Below are positions 27,076 through 37,532 of a stretch of 64,000 nt of DNA, piece after piece. Every line of letters begins with the position of its first letter. Position 1 is the stretch's first letter. The notes under the pieces were generated by a model that had not been told where the DNA came from, made no database searches, and saw nothing but the letters and a program-made list of their open reading frames with translations. The stretch lies in IMG/VR virus record IMGVR_UViG_3300040751_001717. One strand, 5' to 3'. A program made the position numbers and the translations under genes. The DNA comes from an uncultured virus (IMG/VR IMGVR_UViG_3300040751_001717) (taxonomy: Duplodnaviria > Heunggongvirae > Uroviricota > Caudoviricetes).

Positions 27076-30000
27076 ATGGCAAACGAATTTAAAATAAAAC
27101 ATGGGTTTATATCTGGAGGTAACGCGGATATACAAGGTGATGTATCAATTTCTGGATCAGCAACTGCTGATAATGGTCAGCGAATTGCTACAAGAGACTG
27201 GTCAGTACAGTACCTAACAGATAATAATTACGCAACAACAGCAGATATTAGTTCTGCTATTAGCGATTTAACAGATAGCGCCCCTGCTTTATTAAATACT
27301 CTTAATGAGTTAGCAGCTGCATTAGGTGACGATCCTAATTTTGCTACTACTGTAACAAATAGTATTGCTACAAAACTTCCTTTAGCTGGAGGTGTACTAA
27401 GCGGTGCAATAAATGTATTATATACCGATAGTCCAACAGGTGCAGGATGGGATAAAAACTTATTTATTGGAACTTCAGATGATTTAGGTCTTGCAGGAGC
27501 ATTTCCAACTTATGTTCCTTCTGGTTCTTTAGGATTTTTTAGCCACGCAAATAGTGATGGCGTGTTTATTGGCTCTGTTCCAACTGCTGCCGGAAGCAGT
27601 AACTACTATGCAACAATCGCTTGGGGTGATGATGCAACAGAATACTTTCAATTTTTATACAAAGGAACTCAAGTAGCGAGAATTGACACTGTAGGAAGGG
27701 TTTACGCATATCAAGGAAATTCAGATAATTGGAACACAGCCTATGGTTGGGGTGACCACGCAGGTCTTTACGATACTGTTGGTAGTGCTGCATCTGAAGC
27801 TGGAGCAGTACAAGACAACTTAGACAGTCTTGCTGGCTCTTTAGGAACCCTTGCGTACTCAAGTGCAACGATACCTACAAATAACAATCAGCTAACTAAC
27901 GGAGCTGGATATATTACAGGTGTAAACTGGACAGACGTAGGAGCAGGAACAAGAACTAACTACGACTTAAAGTTCAAACCTGCTACAACAGGTGGGTACG
28001 CAGGGTTTGAGTTTACAAAGTATGATGGAAACTACGCTGGTTATCTACTTGTAAAAGGAACAACCGATAACGATGTATATACAGCAAATGGTATCACTCT
28101 TGTTGCTGACGGTGGATGGTTGACACTTGCACAAAGAACAAGTTCAGCAGGTGTTCGTATAATGACAGGCACTACATCTAAAGAAAGACTTCTTGTAAAG
28201 AATGATGGTAAGGTAGCTATAAACCCTACAGATTCTGGAGGTTTTGATGCTGTTTTAACTGTAGGTAGCGGTGGTGATGGACGCATACAAACAAGGCATA
28301 TCTGGGGTAAAAGCTCTCAAAACGACAGCGCAGACAACCTTTACGTAAACTATCAAAATACAGGAAAGCACGTTCAGATAGGTGATGTCAACGGAGGAAA
28401 CAACCTATATGTATCTGGAAGTATTTATGCAAATGGTTTCTTAACAGGAAACAAAGTAGCGACAGAGTCTTATGCAGATGGTGCTGCCGCAGTAGTAAAC
28501 ACTCGTATTGAAGAAGAAGTTTTACCTTCTATTGATGCTAAGCTTGATAAGAGTGGAGGAGTTCTTAGCGGTGGATTAACTCTTTCTGCAACTGCACCTC
28601 TTTTAGACTTTGTAGATACAAACAGTTTTTCAGATGTAAATGATAGATTTAGAGTAAGAGCTGGTGGTAATGAAGGTTTGATTCAGTGGTATGATAATTC
28701 ATCAAGTAGTTTATTAAGTATAATGACATTCCAACCAAACGGGAATGTTATAGTACCTAATGGTAATCTAGGTATTGGAACTACTAGTCCAGGATATAAG
28801 TTGGAGGTAAATAGCGGTGGTACAGGTGCTGCAGCAAGATTTACCGGCACTGCAAACTTTAGTGAAATTTACTTAGGAAGTGACGGAGTACAGTCTCAGT
28901 ACACTAATATAGTATGGTATACAAATAATGGTAATGCTCAGATCTGGAAAGCAGGTACAGGATATACAGCAGCAGGCGGAGCTGGAGCTTTAAACATATA
29001 CAACAGCAATGGTGATATATCATTTCACCCTGCTGGGCAGTTTAATGCTATGACCATTGATAGTAATACAAACGTAGGTATTGGTACTGCTAGTCCAGGA
29101 TATAAACTATCTGTTAATGGTGATATACATATACCCCAAAATGAATACATCTACTTTGATAATACAGCTCACTACATTAGAAGAGGCGCAAGTAGTGTAG
29201 AGCTTCAAGGCTATAATGGCTTAGATTTAAGGACAGCAGGTAGCAGCAGAGTTTTTATTAACCAAGCAGGCAACGTAGGTATTGGTACTACTAGTCCAAA
29301 TGCTAAATTACACATACAAGATAGTGTAGCGGGCTCTGAAGTATTTGCAGTAGATGGTACAAACGGTAGATTATTTACAGTTACAGACTCTTTAGATGAT
29401 AGTCTATTTTCTGTAAATACTATTGCGGGACTTCCAGTAATAGAAGCGTTTGCTGATAACACGGTTAAGCTAGGACCGTTTACTAATCCTGTTATTATTG
29501 ATTCAAGTGGATCACTAAGCATTGGTGGTGCAACTGCAGCTACACAATCTTATGTAGATACATCTATTAGTAATCTTATTGGTGGTGCTCCAGGTGCACT
29601 AAACACTCTAAATGAATTAGCTGCAGCACTTGGAGATGATTCAAGTTTTGCAACTACTATAACGAACACCATTTCTACTAAGTTAACAATTGGTCAATTA
29701 GTTCCATCTCAATCAGTTTGGTCAAGTGCTACAAGATTTACATCTGAAGGAGATATCGGGTTCAGTGGAGCAGGTAATCATTCTTTGCAAGTTTTTTCTG
29801 AGAACGGAAATGATGCATTTATGGCGTTCCACATTAGTAGTGATCACGCTGTTTACTTTGGTTTAGAAAATGGAACTAACAGATTATATACAGGAGGTTG
29901 GTCATTAGGATCCGCTAAACATCAAATATGGGATACAAGAGACTTTACATCAACTAATGTAAGCAATTGGAATACCGCATACGGTTGGGGCAATCACGCA

Positions 30001-31947
30001 GGTTTATATCTTGGAGCTACCGCAAAAGCAGCAGATTCTAATCTACTTGATGGAATAAACAGCACTCAGTTTGTAAGAAGTGACCAAAACGCTGTTACAA
30101 TAGGTAGACACTTAGACGCTAATACTACTTGGACTAATTCAGCATTAACATTGTTCTTGGGTTGGTACGGAGGTAAAGTAGTTATAGGAAACGACAACGA
30201 TGGGGGACACGATTATGGGTCTGCTCTTGGAGGTAATACTATTCCTATTCTTAACAAATCTTACTTCTTTAAGACGGCTAAGTTTGAAGAAGATATTCAA
30301 ATAGATGGCAATGTTAACTTCTTAGCAGGGGTAGGTACTTGGATTGCCTCTGATGCAATGACGGATTCAATAGGTTGGAACGGTAATCACGGAGTTTATA
30401 TAGGGAGTACAGCAAGAGGAAGCAGTTCATATGTTTATGGTGACGGTACTTACTACATAAATGGAAACAACTACGATTTATGGCACGAGGGTAACTTTGA
30501 TCCTGCGACAAAAGAAGCAGCAGGTGCAGCAGCAGCTGTAAACGAAAGAATTGATACAGAAGTATTACCTGCAATTGACACTAAGCTTGACAAGAGTGGT
30601 GGTCAAGTTACCGGTACATTATCTGCAGGTGGTTCTGCCGCATACGACTCTACAAACCTTGCATTAGATGTGCAAGGCAACATAGGTATATGGAACGACA
30701 GTAAGCTATACTTTAAAATAACAGGAGATAATTTCAATACTTGGAGTACATCTCAATATGCAGCTGGTTCAACTCATAAGTTCAATGCTCAAGCATTTAG
30801 CTTTACAAATGAAGGCTACTCCGCTTTAGTATTTATGAACATCAACTCTTCTGGAGTTGCTATGTCAAGAAACTTAGTTTTAGGAAACGAGGTTTATGGC
30901 AATTCTACAGCATACGGAAACTGGGGAGCAAGACTGATGTTTAATGGCTCAAATTCAGATGCTCAAGGCAATTACTACATAGGTACTAACGGAGAAGATT
31001 ACGGAGGTAATTACTCAAAATTAGACCTTAGATGGCACACAGGTATCCGTATGGGCGCACAGGCCGGTTATGGAGGTATTAGATTTTTTGATAACGAGGA
31101 TTTAAACACTCGTATTATGTCAATTGGTGAAAGTGATTCTAACATCCGTATTGACAACAACCTTTGGATTGGAGGAGCAGGAGGTTGGATTACTGATTTG
31201 CTTAACGCAAAGCTTGGTGCAACTGCTAAAGCAGCAGACTCCAACTTACTTGATGGTATTGATAGCGGCTCGTTTATGAGAACAAGTGCTGTTACACACT
31301 TGGCCATGAATAACTATAACATCAGTGGAGTTAATCACATTACGATTAACGACTCTGGTTATGGCGAAGGTATTCAGTGGTCAAACTGGATAATATATGA
31401 TTCACCAGACAACCTTACCAACGCTTCTGGAAATCTACAATTTTCAAACGCGGCAGACAGCTCTATTAGAGTTACTGTAGATACTAATGGTAACCTGTAT
31501 CCATCAAGAGACAGATCACATTTACTTGGTCTTGAAAGCAATCGTTGGCAAATCGTATACTGTGAGATTCTTGATTCAGCAGGTCAGCACGAGAAGAACC
31601 TACAAAACCCAGAAGGCGAGAAGTCTATTGGTGAGTACGAAACAGGAACAGTCTTAGTATGGAAGGGCGGTAAGAACCTGCCTTGTACTGAATATGCAGA
31701 TCACATGAGAATGGGTATTGCAGTTAAAGGTTTTGACTCCCCACTTGTACAAGGTGCAGAACCGGTACTAGTTACTGGATCAGTAAATGAAGGTGACTAC
31801 TTAATTACTTCACGCAAGGAAGGACACGCTGAAGCTATTTCACCAGAGCTTATGCGTCAACAAGGATTATATGATTGTGTTCTAGGTAAAGCTTTAGAAA
31901 ACGGTCAGGGTGAATCACATTTAGTAAAAACTTGGATAAACATATAA
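27076..31947 (+). CDS. long mosaic tail fibre protein with a probable C-terminal intramolecular chaperone domain
   Basis: 1623 aa; LNTLNELAAALGDD x2, GNVGIGT-type x3, KAADSNLLDG x2; C-terminal GTVLV...V.EGDYLITS..GHA pattern. Confidence 0.85.
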   Translation: MANEFKIKHGFISGGNADIQGDVSISGSATADNGQRIATRDWSVQYLTDNNYATTADISSAISDLTDSAPALLNTLNELAAALGDDPNFATTVTNSIATKLPLAGGVLSGAINVLYTDSPTGAGWDKNLFIGTSDDLGLAGAFPTYVPSGSLGFFSHANSDGVFIGSVPTAAGSSNYYATIAWGDDATEYFQFLYKGTQVARIDTVGRVYAYQGNSDNWNTAYGWGDHAGLYDTVGSAASEAGAVQDNLDSLAGSLGTLAYSSATIPTNNNQLTNGAGYITGVNWTDVGAGTRTNYDLKFKPATTGGYAGFEFTKYDGNYAGYLLVKGTTDNDVYTANGITLVADGGWLTLAQRTSSAGVRIMTGTTSKERLLVKNDGKVAINPTDSGGFDAVLTVGSGGDGRIQTRHIWGKSSQNDSADNLYVNYQNTGKHVQIGDVNGGNNLYVSGSIYANGFLTGNKVATESYADGAAAVVNTRIEEEVLPSIDAKLDKSGGVLSGGLTLSATAPLLDFVDTNSFSDVNDRFRVRAGGNEGLIQWYDNSSSSLLSIMTFQPNGNVIVPNGNLGIGTTSPGYKLEVNSGGTGAAARFTGTANFSEIYLGSDGVQSQYTNIVWYTNNGNAQIWKAGTGYTAAGGAGALNIYNSNGDISFHPAGQFNAMTIDSNTNVGIGTASPGYKLSVNGDIHIPQNEYIYFDNTAHYIRRGASSVELQGYNGLDLRTAGSSRVFINQAGNVGIGTTSPNAKLHIQDSVAGSEVFAVDGTNGRLFTVTDSLDDSLFSVNTIAGLPVIEAFADNTVKLGPFTNPVIIDSSGSLSIGGATAATQSYVDTSISNLIGGAPGALNTLNELAAALGDDSSFATTITNTISTKLTIGQLVPSQSVWSSATRFTSEGDIGFSGAGNHSLQVFSENGNDAFMAFHISSDHAVYFGLENGTNRLYTGGWSLGSAKHQIWDTRDFTSTNVSNWNTAYGWGNHAGLYLGATAKAADSNLLDGINSTQFVRSDQNAVTIGRHLDANTTWTNSALTLFLGWYGGKVVIGNDNDGGHDYGSALGGNTIPILNKSYFFKTAKFEEDIQIDGNVNFLAGVGTWIASDAMTDSIGWNGNHGVYIGSTARGSSSYVYGDGTYYINGNNYDLWHEGNFDPATKEAAGAAAAVNERIDTEVLPAIDTKLDKSGGQVTGTLSAGGSAAYDSTNLALDVQGNIGIWNDSKLYFKITGDNFNTWSTSQYAAGSTHKFNAQAFSFTNEGYSALVFMNINSSGVAMSRNLVLGNEVYGNSTAYGNWGARLMFNGSNSDAQGNYYIGTNGEDYGGNYSKLDLRWHTGIRMGAQAGYGGIRFFDNEDLNTRIMSIGESDSNIRIDNNLWIGGAGGWITDLLNAKLGATAKAADSNLLDGIDSGSFMRTSAVTHLAMNNYNISGVNHITINDSGYGEGIQWSNWIIYDSPDNLTNASGNLQFSNAADSSIRVTVDTNGNLYPSRDRSHLLGLESNRWQIVYCEILDSAGQHEKNLQNPEGEKSIGEYETGTVLVWKGGKNLPCTEYADHMRMGIAVKGFDSPLVQGAEPVLVTGSVNEGDYLITSRKEGHAEAISPELMRQQGLYDCVLGKALENGQGESHLVKTWINI

Positions 31948-31948
31948 C

Positions 31949-34900
31949 ATGGGATTTCGTATTAACAGAGGGGTTTTTCAATTTAAAGATGGCGAAACAT
32001 TTCGCAATAAATTTAAAATTGATACTGATGGTCAAATGGTTGAGGTCGATGGAGATGGCAACGCTGTAGCTCCTTATATGCGTTTTGGTGACAAAGCACA
32101 TGATGCAGACTTTCTTGATGGTATAGATAGTTCTAATTTTATAAGAACTACAAATAATTCTACTCTTAATTCAGATACAAGAAATACAAGAGGTGTTACA
32201 AGACTATACAGAAATGATAGTGATTCAAATTATAATGTTCAGACTTATTGGACAGGAGCTCACTGGTTTCTAAGAGGATATAGTGGAGACACTTTTCATG
32301 CTGAGGTTCGTGTAGGTAAAGCAGACTCTGCTGATAATGCAACAAACGCAAGTTATTTAACAGGTGGGGATACTTCATTCCGTGGATTGCTTTATCATAG
32401 TTTAAATGGAGATTTAAATCAGTACAACGTAGCAGGATTGTATAGTGCTGAATATGTTGGAGGCACTAATATACCTTTAGACCAAAGAGGTCACTTTATT
32501 CAGATATCTGATGCAGGTGGAACAGATGTAAAAACTCAATGGTACTACCAATCAAATGGCGAGAAGATTCATATGCGCCTTATGTGGGGCGCTCAGAATT
32601 GGTTTGAATGGAGAGAGTTAATTACTGACTCTAACATCGGAAGCCAGTCAGTAAACTATGCTGCTTCAGCAGGAAATGCTGATACTGTTGACGGATACCA
32701 CGCAACAAATGCGGCAGGAGGATTAGCGGTTATTAATGCTAACGGTTATTGGTATCCACCATCTTGGATAAATGTAGGTAATACTGGTATATATTCTGGC
32801 ACAAATGGCGCTCACTTTCTTCCAAATAATACAAGCCCACACGGTGCTTGGGAAATGATTGGAAGTAAAGGTGGTTGGTCTGGTATTTATTTTAGAGACA
32901 GCGGTAACACATTAATGGCTAATTCTAACGATAGTGGTTTTTATAATAAAAACGCTGGGTGGCAAATGGAATGGCATAATGGTCGTCTTTTAGTCTCAAA
33001 ACAAGCAAATGGTGGTGGAACTCTTGCAGAGGTAATTGATTCAACTACAATTGGTTCTCAGTCAGTATCAGACTCTGACAAACTTGATGGTTCACACAAA
33101 CACGAAGTAGGTAACAGGGATTACACAAGAACAGGTTTTTTTGTTGATGGGGATGAAAATACTTATTATCCTGTATTAATTACACCAAGAGGTGGATACG
33201 CTTTTAATAGATGGTCTATATCAAGAAGGTATAGTTGGACAGCACCTTGGGATCCAATTGGAACAGGAAGTCATAAGGGTGGTCTAACATTTGACTTCTA
33301 CTGGTCAGGAGATACTGCTTGGGGTGGTAACGATAAAGCAGTCCGAATTCATCAGTTCTCTGAGCAATACACTACAATGCTTGGTGGTATTAGACTTGCA
33401 AGAACAGGTGGTATGATTGTATGGCTTCGTGGAGGTCACGCATACTACGAGCTACAGGTTGATACAGCACCGACTACAGTTGACGTAAAACTTGAAGCGT
33501 GGACTGATGGTAGCGGACAAGTATTTGAACCAACAGAGGATGTAAACGAACATAGAGATACTATTTGGAATAACTATCCTGTAAGACACGGTGATGAGCT
33601 TTACATAAACAACAGAGCTGTAGCTACTGAACAATGGACTGATGACACATTTCTAAGAACTACAGAAAAAGCAGCAGACTCTGAACTATTGGACGGTGTA
33701 AACTCTACATCGTTCCTTCGCTCTGATACTAACGATACAATGAGCGGTAATCTGACATTGAAATATTCTACTGCTGATTCAGATGATTATAACGCTCTTA
33801 TTCTTGCAGCAGGAAGTAACGATTACATTATCAAGGCTTCTACCTCAAGAGGTGTTTTTGGAAGAAAGTCTTTTGGATGGCACGTTGATACCAGCTCTGC
33901 CTTTGGAGTTTACTCTAACGGATGGACTAAACTGTTTGGTGTTGAAGGAGGTACAGGTAACGCCTTTGCAACAGGTACTTTTACTGCTAACAATATTTCT
34001 ACCAATCAAGTCTTTATGCAATCTATCACAAGTGATGGTACTATCGCTAACGATAAAGGTTCTTACTTGCACTTAGGTGGATGGGCTGTGGGTAGAACAC
34101 ATGCATCAGCTGTACTTGTAAATACTGCCTACAGAGCGGATTATGCTGAGAGTTTATTTGATATGAATATATCTCGTTTTACCAATAACTCTGGATATAT
34201 TACTCAAGATTCTGTAGACGCTTTAGCAGAGGAATTAAGACCTCAAATAGAAACAGCGCAATCTACCGCTGATGGTAAGTTAGGAGCTACCGCTAAGGCT
34301 GCGGATTCTAATCTGTTGGATGGATACGACCACACAGCATTTTGGAAGGATAACGAAGACCGTAGAGCAAGCGTGATTAGATTCACTGGCGAAGGAGGTG
34401 ATTCTGGTAATGGCAGTATTAATTACGGTATATATCAAGAAGGAGGAGCTTGGTCACATCCATATCCAGACCTTATTATCGCTTATCACACAGGTATTAA
34501 AATAGGTGGATATAAAAATTACGGTGGAGTAAAAATATACAATGACGCTCCAGAAAGAAGTGGCGCAGCTCAAGTAGCTTCGTTTGGAGATGGAGATGCA
34601 AATGTTCGTGTAGCAAATAACTTGCATATAGGAAGTGCAGGTGGGTGGATTACAGACTTGCTTAACGCTAAGGCTACTACAGGAGATGTTGCAGGGGTTG
34701 ATGCTCGTATCAATGATGAGGTATTACCACAGATTACAACTAATGCTGAGAATATAGCAAGAAACGCTACAGATATTGCTACTAAACTTGGCACAACAGG
34801 TAAGGCTGCTGATGCAGACAAACTTGATGGATACGATTGGATGCAGTCTGGTAAGAGTGTCCGTGCTAACGAATTCTACGCAGACAACTGGTTTAGAAGC

Positions 34901-35620
34901 TACAACTCTGGTGAAGGTATCTATAATGAAGCAACAGGACAACACTGGTATTCTGATTCGTCTTCACGCTGGAGAATGAGGTCTGGAAATGGTTCTGAAG
35001 CGTGGATGATGTTGTGTACATCGGACAATACTACAAGAGGCTCTTTCTATGCTAATAATTCTAATGAAGTAGGTATTCTTGACCAAGGAAATGCTTGGGC
35101 TATAAAACACGTTAATGATAGCGGTACTTACTTCTATACAGATAATACTACAGAAGAGTTCAAAGTAGGTCGTGATGTTGTAAGTGGTAGTTACGGAACA
35201 GTACAGACAAGCACTACTCGTAGTGGTTGGGGAGGTTACTCTATCAATGGTGCGTATGTGTTCATGTCTGACCATAGTTCAACTTGTGGTATTTTCAACG
35301 ACATAGACAACGAGTGGATGGCAATCTTCAGAAGAAACGCTGAGGTTGAGCTTATGTACAACGGTGCTATGAAGCTTGAAACTACAAGTACAGGTGTATC
35401 TGTTTCTGGAAATGTTAATGCATCTGCATTTATTGGTAGCCTTGATTGGTCTAATGTAACAAACAAACCTGTTATACCTGCGGCAACAGAACCAGTACAG
35501 GCTACTGTAGAAGGTGGACAAGATTCAACACTTTCAAGTATATCTTTTAGCCCAGGGGAAGGTGTTGCTACATTCACACTTGCTGACGGACAAACCTTTA
35601 GACTCGCCTTCGCAAGATAA
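31949..35620 (+). CDS. long mosaic tail fibre protein
   Basis: 1223 aa; repeated A.D[SA]..LDG motifs separating W/Y/G-rich domains. Confidence 0.85.
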   Translation: MGFRINRGVFQFKDGETFRNKFKIDTDGQMVEVDGDGNAVAPYMRFGDKAHDADFLDGIDSSNFIRTTNNSTLNSDTRNTRGVTRLYRNDSDSNYNVQTYWTGAHWFLRGYSGDTFHAEVRVGKADSADNATNASYLTGGDTSFRGLLYHSLNGDLNQYNVAGLYSAEYVGGTNIPLDQRGHFIQISDAGGTDVKTQWYYQSNGEKIHMRLMWGAQNWFEWRELITDSNIGSQSVNYAASAGNADTVDGYHATNAAGGLAVINANGYWYPPSWINVGNTGIYSGTNGAHFLPNNTSPHGAWEMIGSKGGWSGIYFRDSGNTLMANSNDSGFYNKNAGWQMEWHNGRLLVSKQANGGGTLAEVIDSTTIGSQSVSDSDKLDGSHKHEVGNRDYTRTGFFVDGDENTYYPVLITPRGGYAFNRWSISRRYSWTAPWDPIGTGSHKGGLTFDFYWSGDTAWGGNDKAVRIHQFSEQYTTMLGGIRLARTGGMIVWLRGGHAYYELQVDTAPTTVDVKLEAWTDGSGQVFEPTEDVNEHRDTIWNNYPVRHGDELYINNRAVATEQWTDDTFLRTTEKAADSELLDGVNSTSFLRSDTNDTMSGNLTLKYSTADSDDYNALILAAGSNDYIIKASTSRGVFGRKSFGWHVDTSSAFGVYSNGWTKLFGVEGGTGNAFATGTFTANNISTNQVFMQSITSDGTIANDKGSYLHLGGWAVGRTHASAVLVNTAYRADYAESLFDMNISRFTNNSGYITQDSVDALAEELRPQIETAQSTADGKLGATAKAADSNLLDGYDHTAFWKDNEDRRASVIRFTGEGGDSGNGSINYGIYQEGGAWSHPYPDLIIAYHTGIKIGGYKNYGGVKIYNDAPERSGAAQVASFGDGDANVRVANNLHIGSAGGWITDLLNAKATTGDVAGVDARINDEVLPQITTNAENIARNATDIATKLGTTGKAADADKLDGYDWMQSGKSVRANEFYADNWFRSYNSGEGIYNEATGQHWYSDSSSRWRMRSGNGSEAWMMLCTSDNTTRGSFYANNSNEVGILDQGNAWAIKHVNDSGTYFYTDNTTEEFKVGRDVVSGSYGTVQTSTTRSGWGGYSINGAYVFMSDHSSTCGIFNDIDNEWMAIFRRNAEVELMYNGAMKLETTSTGVSVSGNVNASAFIGSLDWSNVTNKPVIPAATEPVQATVEGGQDSTLSSISFSPGEGVATFTLADGQTFRLAFAR

Positions 35621-35667
35621 TTTTTATTAAATTTATATATACACTTAATTTTTAAACAAAAACAAAA

Positions 35668-36027
35668 ATGGCTTTAACTAAAACAGTTTCTAAGTACGGA
35701 GTAGAATTCGCTTCTGCTTATCACAGAATCACAAATCTTGACTACTATGTAAACGAGTACGCAATGACTCAGTTTGTAGAGCAAGAACCAGACGCTGACG
35801 GCAACCCAGTTGCTCCAGTAGAGGAAGAAGTAGTAACAATAACTAAGCAGGCTAACCTAACGGTACGCACTTACGCTGACGCTGCTGCTCGTACAGAACG
35901 TGCAGAGCCTATTGCAAGCAAAGTGTTTAGCTTTACTCCAGATTGGGAGTCTACTGATAATGTACTTGCACAAGGTTATGCTTACCTAAAAACTCTTGAG
36001 GAGTTTGACGGTGCAGCAGATGCCTAA
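35668..36027 (+). CDS. fibre-associated protein / assembly chaperone
   Basis: 119 aa directly after the fibres; AYHRI...QGYAYLKTLEEFDGA motif. Confidence 0.7.
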   Translation: MALTKTVSKYGVEFASAYHRITNLDYYVNEYAMTQFVEQEPDADGNPVAPVEEEVVTITKQANLTVRTYADAAARTERAEPIASKVFSFTPDWESTDNVLAQGYAYLKTLEEFDGAADA

Positions 36028-36036
36028 CATAATATT

Positions 36037-36079
36037 ACGGGTTAGCTTGTTGAAGTAATTTGATGAGCTAACCTGTTTT
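36037..36079 (+). terminator. long GNRA-capped hairpin / terminator
   Basis: 18-bp stem with several G-U pairs valid only on the + strand, GTAA loop, T-run. Confidence 0.7.
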
Positions 36080-36115
36080 ATATGTTTTTTAAATTTTAAT
36101 ATTGAAAGTAATATA

Positions 36116-37525
36116 ATGGCACTCCATCATAATCCTAGAATAGTTACAGACGGACTTGTAATATTATACGATCCAGCAGATCCAAACTCATATCCCGGAT
36201 CTGGTAATGTGTTGTATAATCTTACAGGTAATTCAACTTATCCATATGTTTCTATTTCCGGAGAAACTAATTACGGAAGTATTAGTGGTGGTGTAGTTAA
36301 TATGAACGGAGAGTCTGGTAGCACTCAGAATGGTGCATTCTTAAATGGACCGGGTAACTTAGGCATAACTGTCAACAGTAACTTTACCTCAATGGGGTGG
36401 ATGCTAAGAACAGGAGTAGAATCAGCAGAAATATTTGACTACAGAGGAACCGGTCAGAGAGTGAGCTTTCAGATTACTAATAATGCACTGTACTTTATTC
36501 AAAGAGAAAACTTTGATGGTAACACGATACTAAGTACAGGAGTATCAGTAACTAATACACTTGATGAGTGGAATCATTACGCATTAGTACATGTTGGTAA
36601 TAAATGGGAGTTTTATAAAGATGGTGAATTAGTTGGAACAACTACATTTGATTTGACCCATACAATTACGGGAGGAGATTATTCTATAGGAATCTCTTGG
36701 TCTGATGATGATTATCCATCAAATACGATGGATGGTTCTATGAGTCACATGATGCATTATACAAGAGCTTTATCAGCAGAAGAAGTAAAGCAAAACTACA
36801 ATGCAACCAAAGGTAGAGTAAATAGGTTAGGAGGGATTAATAACCCAGCTACTTCAGCCAGACAAATTTTAGAAGAATTTCCAGATTCCTCAAACGGATT
36901 GTATTGGATTAAATCAGATTCAGCACCCCCACAACAAGTTTATTGTGATATGGATAATGGTGGGTGGATGTTAGTAGCATCTAATGATGCTAGAGATGCT
37001 TTGATTCCTGGAGGAACTGGGAGAAATACACAAGAATACTTTTTGAATAGACCGGAATCTTTAGGTGTTCCTAGTCCGAATAAGGATTATATAATAGGAA
37101 GTTTAATTGAAGCTTTAGAATTTACACAAGTAAGAATCTTTGGTTGGGGATATGGTTTTACAAATAACAGTTTTTCTTGGCCTAGTAATTTAGGAGATTA
37201 TATAATCGCAGAATGGTCTCTAACTACAGACGGACCTGAAAGACTTACAGAAATTGTACCACGAGCAAATGTAACCCTATCGGGTAATAGTACAATATCA
37301 CCAAACGCAAATTACTTTATACTAGATGCTGTACAAAATGATATAGATTTTAATGCAAACAGAGATCAATCAACATTAGGTGGAGCAGGTGTTCAAAGTG
37401 CAACTGGTGACCCTTCTCAAGGGTGTTACTTGGGACACGGTTTAGTAGAAGGTTCATTTGAAGGGTGGTATGATGGAAGCAATGTTAGACGTGATTCTCA
37501 AGGATATACAACATGGGTAAAATAA
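36116..37525 (+). CDS. LamG/concanavalin-A-like lectin fused to a fibrinogen/intelectin-like domain
   Basis: WNHYALV...FYKDG...YTRALSAEEV LamG motifs; NGLYWI...VYCDMDNGGWMLV fibrinogen-domain motif. Confidence 0.8.
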   Translation: MALHHNPRIVTDGLVILYDPADPNSYPGSGNVLYNLTGNSTYPYVSISGETNYGSISGGVVNMNGESGSTQNGAFLNGPGNLGITVNSNFTSMGWMLRTGVESAEIFDYRGTGQRVSFQITNNALYFIQRENFDGNTILSTGVSVTNTLDEWNHYALVHVGNKWEFYKDGELVGTTTFDLTHTITGGDYSIGISWSDDDYPSNTMDGSMSHMMHYTRALSAEEVKQNYNATKGRVNRLGGINNPATSARQILEEFPDSSNGLYWIKSDSAPPQQVYCDMDNGGWMLVASNDARDALIPGGTGRNTQEYFLNRPESLGVPSPNKDYIIGSLIEALEFTQVRIFGWGYGFTNNSFSWPSNLGDYIIAEWSLTTDGPERLTEIVPRANVTLSGNSTISPNANYFILDAVQNDIDFNANRDQSTLGGAGVQSATGDPSQGCYLGHGLVEGSFEGWYDGSNVRRDSQGYTTWVK

Positions 37526-37532
37526 CAATATT

